A stretch of DNA of 26,918 nucleotides from a virus (IMGVR_UViG_3300049437_000159:1-26918), one strand, 5' to 3'. Numbered from the stretch's first letter, positions 1-9,194 are shown. Numbers and translations: made by a program. Notes: generated from the sequence alone by a model not told the origin.

Positions 1-460
1 GATGCGTTCCGACCCATGCGGCCGCTCCGCCGTTCCCATAACACAGGTTGATGCGGTAGGTGTTGCCGGTAGTGTTCGCGTAGCTCGTCGATGCCAATAC
101 GGTCGGTGTGCCGGAAACGACTTGGCCGACTTTGATCGACCCACTTGCCCCGCTTACGAATCGCGCGAACCAATAATTTGATGAGTCAGTTGCCTTAAGA
201 ACCAGCAGCGCCTCGTCGTTGTTCGCGCCGCAAACAACGTCGGCAGAAATGGTGAGCGAGACGGTTCCGCTGGCGGCCTCTGTGTTGGAAAAGATCAGCG
301 TGTTTGACGTGTGAACAATGAGAGAATTGGGGTCAATGTCCCAATCGACACCATCACTGCCGCTTTGCGCCGTCCAGCCGCAGCCACTAGGACTGGAGGC
401 GTCCATGCGGCAAACGTCGCACGACTTACAGCAGCCGCAATTGCCAACAAACAGATTCAC
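1..460 (-). CDS. Partial Cys-rich N-terminal, beta-rich protein (possible virion or receptor-binding protein)
   Basis: Manual translation from GTG at 460 stays open to the window edge: MNLFVGNCGCCKSCDVC...LLVLKATDSSNYWFARF...NTYRINLCY; not in the ORF track. Confidence 0.6.
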   Translation of the reverse strand, partial: MNLFVGNCGCCKSCDVCRMDASSPSGCGWTAQSGSDGVDWDIDPNSLIVHTSNTLIFSNTEAASGTVSLTISADVVCGANNDEALLVLKATDSSNYWFARFVSGASGSIKVGQVVSGTPTVLASTSYANTTGNTYRINLCYGNGGAAAWVGTH

Positions 461-465
461 GACGT

Positions 466-648
466 TTAGCCTTTCGAGTGCGTGGCCGCCAGTTCGTCGA
501 GCGCCACGCGCTCACTCTCGATGCTCTTGACCGCAGCCGCGACGATGTTTTTCGGGCACGTCGGGCAGGCTTGCATGAGCCGCACTTGCTCGGCGTCGTT
601 GGCGTGCTTCAGTTTCAGATACTTCAGAATGTCTTCGATCGTCACCAT
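466..648 (-). CDS. Hypothetical protein (60 aa, CPTC motif)
   Basis: AAGGA RBS upstream of ATG; co-oriented with the operon. Confidence 0.6.
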   Translation of the reverse strand: MVTIEDILKYLKLKHANDAEQVRLMQACPTCPKNIVAAAVKSIESERVALDELAATHSKG

Positions 649-725
649 GTTCGTTCCTTTCGTTGTTTAGTACCGCGGCCTTGCCCGCTTGGCTCGCAAC
701 GTGCGGCCACCAAAATTCGCCCTTT

Positions 726-941
726 TCAGTCTGTCGCCAGTTTCACGTTAACAGCCTTAGGTCTGCCCGACCTTGGGTCAGCCACTTCGTCGAACGTCAC
801 TCGCTCGCCACGCAACTCGGCAAACACGATGCTCGAATCGCAATCGCTGGCGTGCACGAATAAGTCGCGTTCGCCGCCACCGCGAGCAATCCAGCCGTAG
901 CCCTTCGCCAACACGAGCGCAGCAATAAAACCTTCAGCCAT
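726..941 (-). CDS. Cold-shock domain protein
   Basis: RNP1 KGYGWI, RNP2 DLFVHAS, C-terminal GRPKAVNV; 71 aa. Confidence 0.85.
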   Translation of the reverse strand: MAEGFIAALVLAKGYGWIARGGGERDLFVHASDCDSSIVFAELRGERVTFDEVADPRSGRPKAVNVKLATD

Positions 942-944
942 TTG

Positions 945-1919
945 CTACACCCCAGCCTTACGCTTCGTGTTGCGCCAGCGGCGCCGCCGGTCATCATCGC
1001 TTTCGGTCTTGGCCGGCTGCGAAAAGTACGTTCCGGCCCGAAGCTTTTTGCAGTGCCAACGGTGCTTCAAATCCGAATGTTCGCGTGCACTCACGGCCTG
1101 GACACTTGACCGCCGACTTGCGCCGCTACGCGCCATCTCGACGACTTGCTCAAGTGTGGCCACGCCGTCGATCATGCCGGCCGCGAGTGCATCGGCGGTA
1201 TCGAGCACGCGGCCTTGCCCGTAGTTGAGTATGACGTCGCTGGGACGAGCGCCACGATTGCGAGCCACGGCCCGAATGAAGTCCCGATGCACGTTGTTGA
1301 CAGACTTTTGCACCGCAGCTCGGGCCTCATCCGTCAACGGCTCATCAGGATTGCCTTCGACCTTGTACCGCCCGGCGTAGATGTACGTTGGCTTGACGCC
1401 CATGCGCTCGTTCGCGGCAGAGAAGTCCAGATGCATCGCGTAGACGCCAACCGAGCCAGCCTCGGAACCGGGTGCACCGTACATTCGAGTACCAGCGCTA
1501 CCGATCCAATACGCCGCGCTCGCCGCCTGGCTATTGGCGATGCCATAGATGGGTTTCCGCTCGCGCGCGGCGAAGATGGCATCCGCCACTTCCGGCGTGC
1601 CCGCAGCCGTGCCGCCGGGAGAGTCGATGTCGAGGATGATGCTCGTGATATTCGGATCGGCAACACCCTGGCGCAGTGCGGAAAGAATTTCCACGCCGGA
1701 AGTGAAACTGTACCAGCGCGGCCGTTGGGCAATCGGGCCGTAGATCGGAATGATGCCAACGCGACCGGCGCCGGTCTGCTTGACGATATCCCGTGTTCTC
1801 GCGGCCTGTAATTCCAGTGCCCGGCGGCTGAACGAAGGGCGCTTGCTCGTGAAGCGAGCGGCAATTTCGGAGCCAGCATCCGGCGTGATTGCCCACAATC
1901 TTGCAAGTTGGCGACTCAT
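945..1919 (-). CDS. S49 (SppA-like) prohead protease
   Basis: LDIDSPGG, AASAAYWIGS, GSVGV and AGRYK motifs; ATG at 1919 overlaps the capsid stop (TAATG). Confidence 0.9.
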   Translation of the reverse strand: MSRQLARLWAITPDAGSEIAARFTSKRPSFSRRALELQAARTRDIVKQTGAGRVGIIPIYGPIAQRPRWYSFTSGVEILSALRQGVADPNITSIILDIDSPGGTAAGTPEVADAIFAARERKPIYGIANSQAASAAYWIGSAGTRMYGAPGSEAGSVGVYAMHLDFSAANERMGVKPTYIYAGRYKVEGNPDEPLTDEARAAVQKSVNNVHRDFIRAVARNRGARPSDVILNYGQGRVLDTADALAAGMIDGVATLEQVVEMARSGASRRSSVQAVSAREHSDLKHRWHCKKLRAGTYFSQPAKTESDDDRRRRWRNTKRKAGV

Positions 1920-2971
1920 TAGCTGCGATCCTCCAAGACGATGAACGGCGAAAGCGTATCGGTTCCGTCGCGCAGCGGCGACACCGGGTCTTTCCAAATC
2001 GAACGGCCATCGCATTCGTACCAGAACTTGAGCATGCGCTCGTGGTTCTCGAAACGAACGTAGATGCTTTCGGCCGACTTGGTTTCGCCACGGTCACCCA
2101 AGGCGTATTGCGAGCAGTCCGCCAGAATCAAATCGCCCTTGGTGCCAACGGCCGGGCATTGCTCGATGGGCAGCAGCGGAATGCCGGCCAGCGACATGCG
2201 CGCCGGGCCGGGGTCGTTGGGATCGGCGAAGCGAATCAGCGATGCGCAATTCGTCAACACTTCAAGTTGCGCGGAGCGGCTGGCAAAAAACGTCGCGCGC
2301 GAATCCGAGTAGGTCCAGAGTCGACGAATCATCTTCACGACGTTTTCGGGAATAATCGTGCCCGCAGTTTGGTTAGTTTCCTTGGTGACGGGGATCGTCG
2401 CGGCGTCGGGCAGAATGCCGGCCGGGCCACCCACAACGCCATTGATAACCGCATCGTCGGTGCGAACTGCGATTTCTTCAGCCGCCGCGCTCAATAGCAA
2501 CTCGCCCAGATTGGGCACCCGGCGAGCCAACTCCTCAGACACCGGAATGAGAACCTTTAGCGAGCCCGTCACCATATTGAGTTGTTGAAACTCGCCGCGG
2601 CTCTTGGTGGGTGCTTGCGTTTCAGCGGTCCAGAAAGACGCCACGCCGCCCAGACGCGAACCATCGGCGCGGGAACTTTCCCGATACGCCGGCAAGTTCA
2701 ACCCGCCGCCGCCCACAGTGACCTTGCGACAGCGACTCGCCACGCGCGAAAAATCGAATGTGCGCTGAAGCAACTCGGTAGATAGTTCATACGGCGCGAG
2801 AAACCCGCCGTAGGGATTCGATATCGTGGTCTGTTCGTCGCCGCCCGCCGTGGCGTACAGGTCAGCAAGTCGCCGCGTGCGGTCGGTCAGTGGTGCGCCG
2901 GACTCGCGGGCCGCATGGTAAATCGCGCCTTCGATAAAATCGGCGATGCTCGCTTTGGGATTGGCAATCAT
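1919..2971 (-). CDS. Major capsid protein, HK97 family
   Basis: GGFLAPYELSTELL, WTAE, LIPVSEEL, DDAVINGVVGGPAGIL, GDLILADCSQY, RFENHE motifs; ATG 2971 with GAGGA RBS. Confidence 0.9.
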   Translation of the reverse strand: MIANPKASIADFIEGAIYHAARESGAPLTDRTRRLADLYATAGGDEQTTISNPYGGFLAPYELSTELLQRTFDFSRVASRCRKVTVGGGGLNLPAYRESSRADGSRLGGVASFWTAETQAPTKSRGEFQQLNMVTGSLKVLIPVSEELARRVPNLGELLLSAAAEEIAVRTDDAVINGVVGGPAGILPDAATIPVTKETNQTAGTIIPENVVKMIRRLWTYSDSRATFFASRSAQLEVLTNCASLIRFADPNDPGPARMSLAGIPLLPIEQCPAVGTKGDLILADCSQYALGDRGETKSAESIYVRFENHERMLKFWYECDGRSIWKDPVSPLRDGTDTLSPFIVLEDRS

Positions 2972-2984
2972 TCCTCGGTTCCTT

Positions 2985-3503
2985 TTACTTGGGGATTCGT
3001 GCGCGGAGCGCGGATAGTTCTCGGTCAAGGTCTGCCGGAGGCAGGGCTTCGTATTGCAGTGCGCCGAGGCGAGCCAGTGCTGTGCGGAGTGCCTCGGTTC
3101 GTCGTGCGGCCCTTTCGATGGGTTCGCCCTGGCGTGCCTGGCTCGGGTATTGCGCCGACAGTTTGACGGCCAATGTATGGATGCTTGGGTCGGCAGTTTC
3201 AACAAGGTGCCGACGCAACGCGTCAATTTCGCGCTGACGCGGTTGTGATGCCTGCCACTTCTCACGTTGCACGGCCGCTAGTTGCGTCTGCGCTTCGGAG
3301 AGTTGTCGCTGTGCGTCAGCGACAGCACTTCGCAACTCAGTAAGGCGAGCGTCGGCTTGTGCGGCGTGCTGCTCATCGGCGGCTTGCAATTCGGCGATGC
3401 GATCGACGATCGGGATACGCTCCGCGTGGATGCCCTCACGGTGCGTTATTTCAAGCTGCTTGGCGGCTGGTGATACGAGCCACGCGGGAGCTTCTACGGT
3501 CAT
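2985..3503 (-). CDS. Coiled-coil protein (possible scaffold)
   Basis: Heptad-rich A/E/Q/L/R sequence; ATGA overlap with the upstream stop; directly precedes the capsid gene. Confidence 0.65.
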   Translation of the reverse strand: MTVEAPAWLVSPAAKQLEITHREGIHAERIPIVDRIAELQAADEQHAAQADARLTELRSAVADAQRQLSEAQTQLAAVQREKWQASQPRQREIDALRRHLVETADPSIHTLAVKLSAQYPSQARQGEPIERAARRTEALRTALARLGALQYEALPPADLDRELSALRARIPK

Positions 3504-3835
3504 TGTGGTGCCCCTATGTTTGTTGGTTTCGGCGGCACGGTCGGCCATGCGCCGGTGTCCGCGTTTAATGGTTCCACGCCTAACTCGAAGCGTCGATACG
3601 CCCAGCAGTTCCAAGGATCCGAAAAGCGCTCTAGCAGCTCCTCGCGCACGGCCCAATACGCGGCCTCGCACGCCGGCATGTCTTCCGCGCGACAATCGCT
3701 TGCGCCGTGGCGCCGCCGCGCAGAAATGTTTGAGCGGTTGAATCGCTGCCAGCTTCCGTCAAAGCCCCAGCGCAACTGGGCCATGCCCCAATCTGTGACG
3801 CCGCGCCGATCTGGTCCGCCTCTTAGACGCGGCAT
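3500..3835 (-). CDS. Hypothetical protein
   Basis: Overlaps both neighbours; likely start MPRLRGG. Confidence 0.55.
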   Translation of the reverse strand: MPRLRGGPDRRGVTDWGMAQLRWGFDGSWQRFNRSNISARRRHGASDCRAEDMPACEAAYWAVREELLERFSDPWNCWAYRRFELGVEPLNADTGAWPTVPPKPTNIGAPQ

Positions 3836-4161
3836 GCACGCCCCCTTTCCGCCATCGCATCCTGCGGGCTCATGCCGCAATCAAACACCAGTTCGGCAAA
3901 CGTCGGGCACTGAGGCTCACCACGACGCGCTACACGCTCGGCAGCAAGCGCCAAGATGTCGTCATGGTGCAGTTCCCAACAGTCAGCCATCGCGTCCAGC
4001 ACGTCCGCAGACGGCCAGCCGGCGCGATCGGCGAGCGGTAAGTCGGTGATGTCTCCGAACGCGTGCCCGAAGTAATCGTGCCCCCACAGCATTTGCTGTA
4101 GGTGGGCGTTGCTGTACTCGCGCCGGTCGACTGTGTGACGGTTTCGTAAACGCGGGCTCAT
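3823..4161 (-). CDS. Hypothetical protein
   Basis: ATGA overlap with the terS stop; 112 aa. Confidence 0.65.
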   Translation of the reverse strand: MSPRLRNRHTVDRREYSNAHLQQMLWGHDYFGHAFGDITDLPLADRAGWPSADVLDAMADCWELHHDDILALAAERVARRGEPQCPTFAELVFDCGMSPQDAMAERGRACRV

Positions 4162-4511
4162 GCGTACCTCCGGCCTTGTCGCGGTACACGCGACTCATTG
4201 GGCAGATCAATGTCGATGGCCATCTCGCGCAGCGCTCGCAACAGCAATTGCCGCGCGTCACGCGCCACGACAATCGCCGGGTGCGACTTGGGTACGCCAT
4301 AGCGATCGTTCACCATCAGCCCATCCTTGCGAATCGCAGCTTCTGCGGCGTCGATCGTGTCCATCGCCTCGCATGCCGTGCGTAAGCGCTCCAGGTCGTG
4401 CGGCTCGAAAATGAACTTCTCATTGAGGGTTCGCCAAAATGCGGCGGCGCGCTTCGACAGGTGCTTCGGAGCGGCGTTTTCGGTCGGTTTATGAATCTTT
4501 GGTTGCTTCAT
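4158..4511 (-). CDS. terS: Terminase small subunit, P27 family
   Basis: APKHLSKRAAAFW, DLERLRTACEA, IRKDGLMVNDRYGVPKSHPA match the P27-type pattern. Confidence 0.88.
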   Translation of the reverse strand: MKQPKIHKPTENAAPKHLSKRAAAFWRTLNEKFIFEPHDLERLRTACEAMDTIDAAEAAIRKDGLMVNDRYGVPKSHPAIVVARDARQLLLRALREMAIDIDLPNESRVPRQGRRYA

Positions 4512-4608
4512 TTTTCAAAACACCTAACCGGGAACCTCGAAAAATACGCGCGCTTGGCGAACGGTTTGCCGTCGCTTGATGCCAAGGATTACCTATCCCC
4601 CCGTGGGG
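4512..4608 (-). other. Putative cos/packaging region
   Basis: Minus strand GGGGGGATAGGTAATC...ACCG...TTTTT directly upstream of terS, the usual layout in HK97-like cos phages. Confidence 0.45.
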
Positions 4609-4846
4609 TCTGTCCAGCCGACGCGGTGGCGTGCCCAGGTGACGGCCCAGCACAACCACCGGCATCGGCCGGACGCCCGACTAGGTAACTCTTGATCTGC
4701 TCCACCTGCTCGTCGCTGTAGTGTGCAGTTCCGTTCAAGCGCAACTCGGGCTGCATCTCCAATGACTTGATCGCAGCGTACACACGGCCAAACGGTTCGC
4801 GTAGGTGGTGGCAAATTCGCGAGACGTTCTGAAAACTTTTGCTCAT
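4589..4846 (-). CDS. Small putative DNA-binding protein
   Basis: MSKSFQNVSRICHHL...LNGTAHYSDEQVEQIK resembles a MerR/Xis-like winged helix. Confidence 0.5.
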   Translation of the reverse strand: MSKSFQNVSRICHHLREPFGRVYAAIKSLEMQPELRLNGTAHYSDEQVEQIKSYLVGRPADAGGCAGPSPGHATASAGQTPRGDR

Positions 4847-4856
4847 GGTTCTCACT

Positions 4857-5090
4857 TTATCCGATGCCCCACTCGTCATTGCCCGAATCGGGCAACTCAA
4901 CACCGATTCGGTATGGTTGGTTGCAACTGCGGCAGAGCACGCGCCGGGTTCGCGCGCCTTCGCCAGCGTTGATGGTCTTGATCCTCTCGTACTCGGGTGA
5001 GCCACACTCGGGGCAGGTGGCGACGGTGATGAACACCCAAGGGGTATCCTCCCAATCGATGCGTTCGCGCTTGGGTCCGGTCGTGCTCAC
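4857..5090 (-). CDS. Zinc-ribbon protein, Ogr/Delta-like
   Basis: CPECGS...RTRRVLCRSC; GTGA overlap with the upstream stop. Confidence 0.6.
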   Translation of the reverse strand: MSTTGPKRERIDWEDTPWVFITVATCPECGSPEYERIKTINAGEGARTRRVLCRSCNQPYRIGVELPDSGNDEWGIG

Positions 5091-5371
5091 GCCGTCTCGG
5101 CTCCATACCAGACTGGGAAGCAAATGAACTTCCCGCAGGCGGCACAGTCGCGACGAACGCTAGCGCCCTTGTGGATCGGGAAGTCGGTCGTCTTGGTGCT
5201 GCCACACGAGCAGCGTGCACCAGTTTGGGCGAGCGCCCCCAATGCGCCCCCAATACCCCCAATACTCTTGGAACTCTCTATCACACACACACGCACGCTA
5301 CGCGTTTTATAGAAGTCATTGGGGGTATTGGGGGGTTCCGCGTTTTTCGATGTTTCTATTGGGGGTTTCAT
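5087..5371 (-). CDS. Hypothetical Zn-finger protein overlapping the origin repeats
   Basis: ATGA coupling to the primase; CSCGS...CAACG. Confidence 0.45.
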   Translation of the reverse strand: MKPPIETSKNAEPPNTPNDFYKTRSVRVCVIESSKSIGGIGGALGALAQTGARCSCGSTKTTDFPIHKGASVRRDCAACGKFICFPVWYGAETA

Positions 5372-5387
5372 TGGGGGTTATTGGGGG
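5236..5387. repeat. Iteron array, putative replication origin of left element
   Basis: CCCCCAAT at 5236, 5247, 5256 and inverted ATTGGGGG at 5318, 5327, 5358, 5370, 5380, at the 3' end of the primase. Confidence 0.75.
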
Positions 5388-7857
5388 TTTCCGAGAAAAA
5401 CGCGAATTCCGTCTTGCGGCGGAACTGGTCGTCAGTGCCCTCGCGACGCTCGATAGTCATGTTGTCGATGGTCAGTGTTTCCCTAGACGCGAACAGCTTG
5501 CCCAGCTTGCGGCCGAGTGTTTGCGTTGCCCTCATCCATGCGTCATCGCCCTCGATTGCCGCCGGATCGATGCCAGGCGTGTCGATTCCCGCCTCGACGA
5601 CGACCGTCAGCAGATGATGGGTACGGAGCCACAAGTCGCCTTGCTTCGCCTTCAGCACCGCGATAGCCACGTCGCGCAACCACGACAGCCCGGGTGATGC
5701 GATGCGTTGCTGGGCCGCACGATGGCCAACAAGCAGCCCACCGCCTAACAAGTTCTCAGTGATCCAGCCGAGCACCTTGCCCCAACGCCGGAAGTCGTGA
5801 TCGACGCGTGACAGCGTTGGCTTGCCTTGCTGGTGCCATTCACGGATGACGGCGAACACTGCCCCGAGATAGTCGGCCTGCCGCGCGGCAACGTGATCCA
5901 GCAAATCCCCTTCCGGGTAGTTTTTGAACTCGTGCCCGTCCGGTTGCTTCAGGATGCGAACGCATGAGCACCGATTCGCCAGGTCGGTCGTCACCTGCGC
6001 TTGGTTGCTGGTGATTTGCACGATGATGCGCCGCGGGTCGATGGCCACGGGCGCGGAGTACGGGATTCGTGCTAAGTAGGTGTCTTCGGTTTGGAAACTT
6101 TCGAGCCCCGGCAGGTCCAGCTTGCCGCGCAGATTGTCAAACGACACGATGCACGCGCCGGCCACGAGCGCAGCGTCGAAACTCTCTTGAATGCTGCCCA
6201 CGCCACCCGTCGACCGTTGCGTGACTGTCCGCGGCGTGGTGCGATAGATAGCGCCGATGATCTTATTACGATAGCCCTTGCCCGATTGGCTTTCGTCAGC
6301 TTCGCCCAAGTCGATGGGAGCACGCCCGCCCAGCAAACCACCAAACACCATCGCCGGAGTGATGATCGCTGCTAGTGCTCGTGCGCGGTCCCCAGGTGTT
6401 GCGAACTTGAACCCGTCGACCAGTTCGGTGAGCACCGCGAGCGCGTCTCGCAACTCCATCGCCGTGGGCATGGCGCCGCTGGCGAGAACACCGCTTTGCC
6501 GATCGTAGTCTGCCACCGTCTCGAGCTGCCCGTCGCGTTCAATGAGAACTGGGCAGCGTGATATGACGGTGATCGGTGGCAAGGAAACGCGAAGAGAATT
6601 GGCTTCAAGCAACAGCCGCGCCGCGGATTCCGAACACGTCGCCGGCGTAACTGTTTCGGTTTCCTTGACCTTGACCACGCGGACCAAACGCGCAACGGTT
6701 TCAAGATCGGAGCACAGCGCCGGCGCTCGCACTACCTCCAACACTGGCTCGCCGTCAGCACGCACCAGACGCATCGGCACGCCGCCGCGGAGATAGAACC
6801 GACCAGTATCGCCGAGCAGTTCTCCAAAGCGCTGGGCTGCGCTGGTGATTGTCACGTCGCTGCCGGGCAGGTGAACTTCTGGCAAGTGCGGTTCGCATTC
6901 GTCGGTGATCCCATAAGCCGCCAGTTCGTTCGGGTCGCTTACTTGCTCGGCAACATGGCCGTTTTGACCATGTTGGAAACTCGCCGGCCGCTCCGCATTC
7001 AACAGATAGCCACGTTCGCCCGGCTGCTTGTCGGCGCTTTCGACTTTATGAATCAAATCGCGTTCGGACCACGGCGGCACGCATCGCTCGTTGTATTCGA
7101 GCATGATGCCCATCGCATCGGCTGTCGGAATGTCGAAACCCAACACGACGGCGCACGCGACAGCGAAAGTCTGATCGTGGCCACCTTGACCACTCACAGC
7201 GCCGGGCATCTTGGCGACGTACGCACTCGCCCGCTTGATCTTCTCCGCGGTGTCGTGCGGCAACGGGCCTTGCGGTGCGCGACGTGCCGGCGGTTCCGGC
7301 TTGGCAGCTTCCAAGATGCGACGTAGCACCACGTCGGGCAGCGGGGCAGGATCGCATTCGTCGGGCGAGATGATCCATTCGCGAGCCACGCCATCGGTTG
7401 CACTCGGCGGCAACACCGATTGGGCAGCCTTGCCAGCGCCGGTGCGGATGCCTAGATCATGGAAGTAAACCACGGCTTTGCCAGTGAGCGCCAATACTTC
7501 ATTCCATGCAAACAGCCGATGCGTGCCGCGCTTGCTCTTGTAGGTCGGCGTCCGCGGAATTTCGCAGCCGTCGAACAATTCTTGGAATGCTTGCTCTTCG
7601 GCGTCGCTGTCCGCCTCGATGTCGATGAATCCTGCCGCCGGCCCCAGCTTCACGCCGGGATTGAGCGAACCACGCAAAGCAAACGCACTGTGAATCTCTT
7701 CCGGCGTCCATGCCTTATCCTGCCAGCGGTCGCCAGGTTTGGTTGCCGTGTATCCGATGCCCAGCGGATGCTTAACGTTGCACAGCGTGATCGGCCATCC
7801 GCGGTTGCACAGCTCGATGGCCGCGGCCAGCGTGTTGATGGTTGCCGCCTGTTTCAC
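5368..7857 (-). CDS. Bifunctional primase-polymerase (Prim-Pol) with PriCT-like and P-loop domains
   Basis: NPGVKLG..GFIDIEAD, TPTYKSKRGTHRLF, QSVLPPS; GQGGHDQTF..CVPPWSERDL; ESQSGKG and VSFDNL; GTG 7857 overlaps upstream TGA. Confidence 0.85.
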   Translation of the reverse strand: MKQAATINTLAAAIELCNRGWPITLCNVKHPLGIGYTATKPGDRWQDKAWTPEEIHSAFALRGSLNPGVKLGPAAGFIDIEADSDAEEQAFQELFDGCEIPRTPTYKSKRGTHRLFAWNEVLALTGKAVVYFHDLGIRTGAGKAAQSVLPPSATDGVAREWIISPDECDPAPLPDVVLRRILEAAKPEPPARRAPQGPLPHDTAEKIKRASAYVAKMPGAVSGQGGHDQTFAVACAVVLGFDIPTADAMGIMLEYNERCVPPWSERDLIHKVESADKQPGERGYLLNAERPASFQHGQNGHVAEQVSDPNELAAYGITDECEPHLPEVHLPGSDVTITSAAQRFGELLGDTGRFYLRGGVPMRLVRADGEPVLEVVRAPALCSDLETVARLVRVVKVKETETVTPATCSESAARLLLEANSLRVSLPPITVISRCPVLIERDGQLETVADYDRQSGVLASGAMPTAMELRDALAVLTELVDGFKFATPGDRARALAAIITPAMVFGGLLGGRAPIDLGEADESQSGKGYRNKIIGAIYRTTPRTVTQRSTGGVGSIQESFDAALVAGACIVSFDNLRGKLDLPGLESFQTEDTYLARIPYSAPVAIDPRRIIVQITSNQAQVTTDLANRCSCVRILKQPDGHEFKNYPEGDLLDHVAARQADYLGAVFAVIREWHQQGKPTLSRVDHDFRRWGKVLGWITENLLGGGLLVGHRAAQQRIASPGLSWLRDVAIAVLKAKQGDLWLRTHHLLTVVVEAGIDTPGIDPAAIEGDDAWMRATQTLGRKLGKLFASRETLTIDNMTIERREGTDDQFRRKTEFAFFSETPNNPQ

Positions 7858-8081
7858 TGCGGGACTCCGTTCTCCGCGCAGTATGCGGACCACTCGTGAG
7901 CGTTGGGCGGCTGGAATGCAAAGATGGCTGCCCGGTCGATCCGGCAGCCGCGGCGCTTCAGACTGTCGGCCAATTCGCGGGCACGATCGACCGAATGGGA
8001 TCGCTTGCGGATGTCCGGCTGGTCGCCGTCGAGGGGCAACGAGAGTTGCCGGCGTCCAGATTTTCGATTAGGTTGGGGCAT
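7854..8081 (-). CDS. Hypothetical protein
   Basis: 75 aa, overlaps both neighbours. Confidence 0.5.
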   Translation of the reverse strand: MPQPNRKSGRRQLSLPLDGDQPDIRKRSHSVDRARELADSLKRRGCRIDRAAIFAFQPPNAHEWSAYCAENGVPQ

Positions 8082-8520
8082 GTTTGATACTCAGACGCGC
8101 AGCCGCTTTCCTTCGCCGGGGCGGCTCGTGGCACTTTACGCAGTCCCCGTCCTCGTCCGCTTCGGTGCCGCCGCAGTTCGGGCAGGTGAAGGCTGGCGGC
8201 TTTCGAGTGCGGGTCGGTGGATATGATTTTCCGTCCTTCCCTGTTCGGCGTTGACCATTGCCTGTACCTTTCCCAGCTTCGCAGTTTTCGGATTCCGAAA
8301 ACTCTCGACGCACATCCTTGACCAAATCGCCGCCGACAGTTCGGGACTCGATGAACGCGTCAAGATCGCGCCGACGGTATCGAACCGATCGGCCGACACG
8401 GACGATGGGCAACGGATAGCGCCCGTTGCACGCCCAGACCGCCAAAGTTTGCGGCCGGATGCTCAAATATGCCGCGGCTTCTGCGCGGGTGAGCAAGTCA
8501 GATTGAATCGCAGTAGCCAT
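8068..8520 (-). CDS. Excisionase/AlpA-like HTH protein with C-terminal Cys4 extension
   Basis: LLTRAEAAAYLSIRPQTLAVW...VRVGRSVRYRRRDLDAFI; CPNC...CVKC. Confidence 0.85.
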   Translation of the reverse strand: MATAIQSDLLTRAEAAAYLSIRPQTLAVWACNGRYPLPIVRVGRSVRYRRRDLDAFIESRTVGGDLVKDVRREFSESENCEAGKGTGNGQRRTGKDGKSYPPTRTRKPPAFTCPNCGGTEADEDGDCVKCHEPPRRRKAAARLSIKHAPT

Positions 8521-8598
8521 TAGAAAACCCTCGCGTTTGTGATTGAATCACAGTCAACGAGTGCATCTTGGGCGCGTGCAATTCGGTTTGTCGTTAGC

Positions 8599-8630
8599 TA
8601 GTTTTCCAGTCTGGAAAAACTGGAAAACTA
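8599..8630. promoter_or_regulatory. Inverted repeat, putative operator upstream of the HTH gene
   Basis: TAGTTTTCCAG (8599-8609) / CTGGAAAACTA (8620-8630) plus an internal CTGGAAAA. Confidence 0.5.
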
Positions 8631-9194
8631 CTCAGCCGGTCGAGGCCATGTGTAGCCGCACGCTTCGCATCTGAGGGATTGTCTCGCCGCAATTGCAGTT
8701 TTCGACTTTCGATACTTGCGTTTGACTAGCCCTTCTTCTTGGCCGCATTTCGGGCAAAGATTCCGCCTTCGCTTCTTGCGTGGCGGCTTGGCGTTCGCCC
8801 GCTTGATTGCAGCGGCCAACGCTTCGGCGTCGAGGCGCCGCTTCTCTGCGGCCGTGAGAATTGTCGCCTTGTACTTCGGCCAGACCGACTTAATGGCAGC
8901 ACAGTCCCCGTTCTCCATTAGGGCCACCAGTTCAAGAATCTCGCGATTCGAATCACAGCCACTACTAACTAGCGAGCGTCCGATATCGACCACCGCTGCG
9001 CTTGATTTCGTCACCTTAGACGACGCGGCTAACACGTCACGCCCTAATTCCGGTCCGCACAGATTCTGGCTGTTCCGGGCATGGTGACTTGCGAGGTGCT
9101 CGCATCGTTGAAATTCCGATGCGGCCGCGAGATAGTCATCGACCGCTTTGCAAAACTGACTGGCGGAGGCCGTCTTTTTACTTCGCTTTGCCAT
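8628..9194 (-). CDS. Hypothetical protein with basic C-terminal zinc ribbon
   Basis: Start MAKRSKK with G-rich RBS; CPKC...CEAC. Confidence 0.65.
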   Translation of the reverse strand: MAKRSKKTASASQFCKAVDDYLAAASEFQRCEHLASHHARNSQNLCGPELGRDVLAASSKVTKSSAAVVDIGRSLVSSGCDSNREILELVALMENGDCAAIKSVWPKYKATILTAAEKRRLDAEALAAAIKRANAKPPRKKRRRNLCPKCGQEEGLVKRKYRKSKTAIAARQSLRCEACGYTWPRPAE

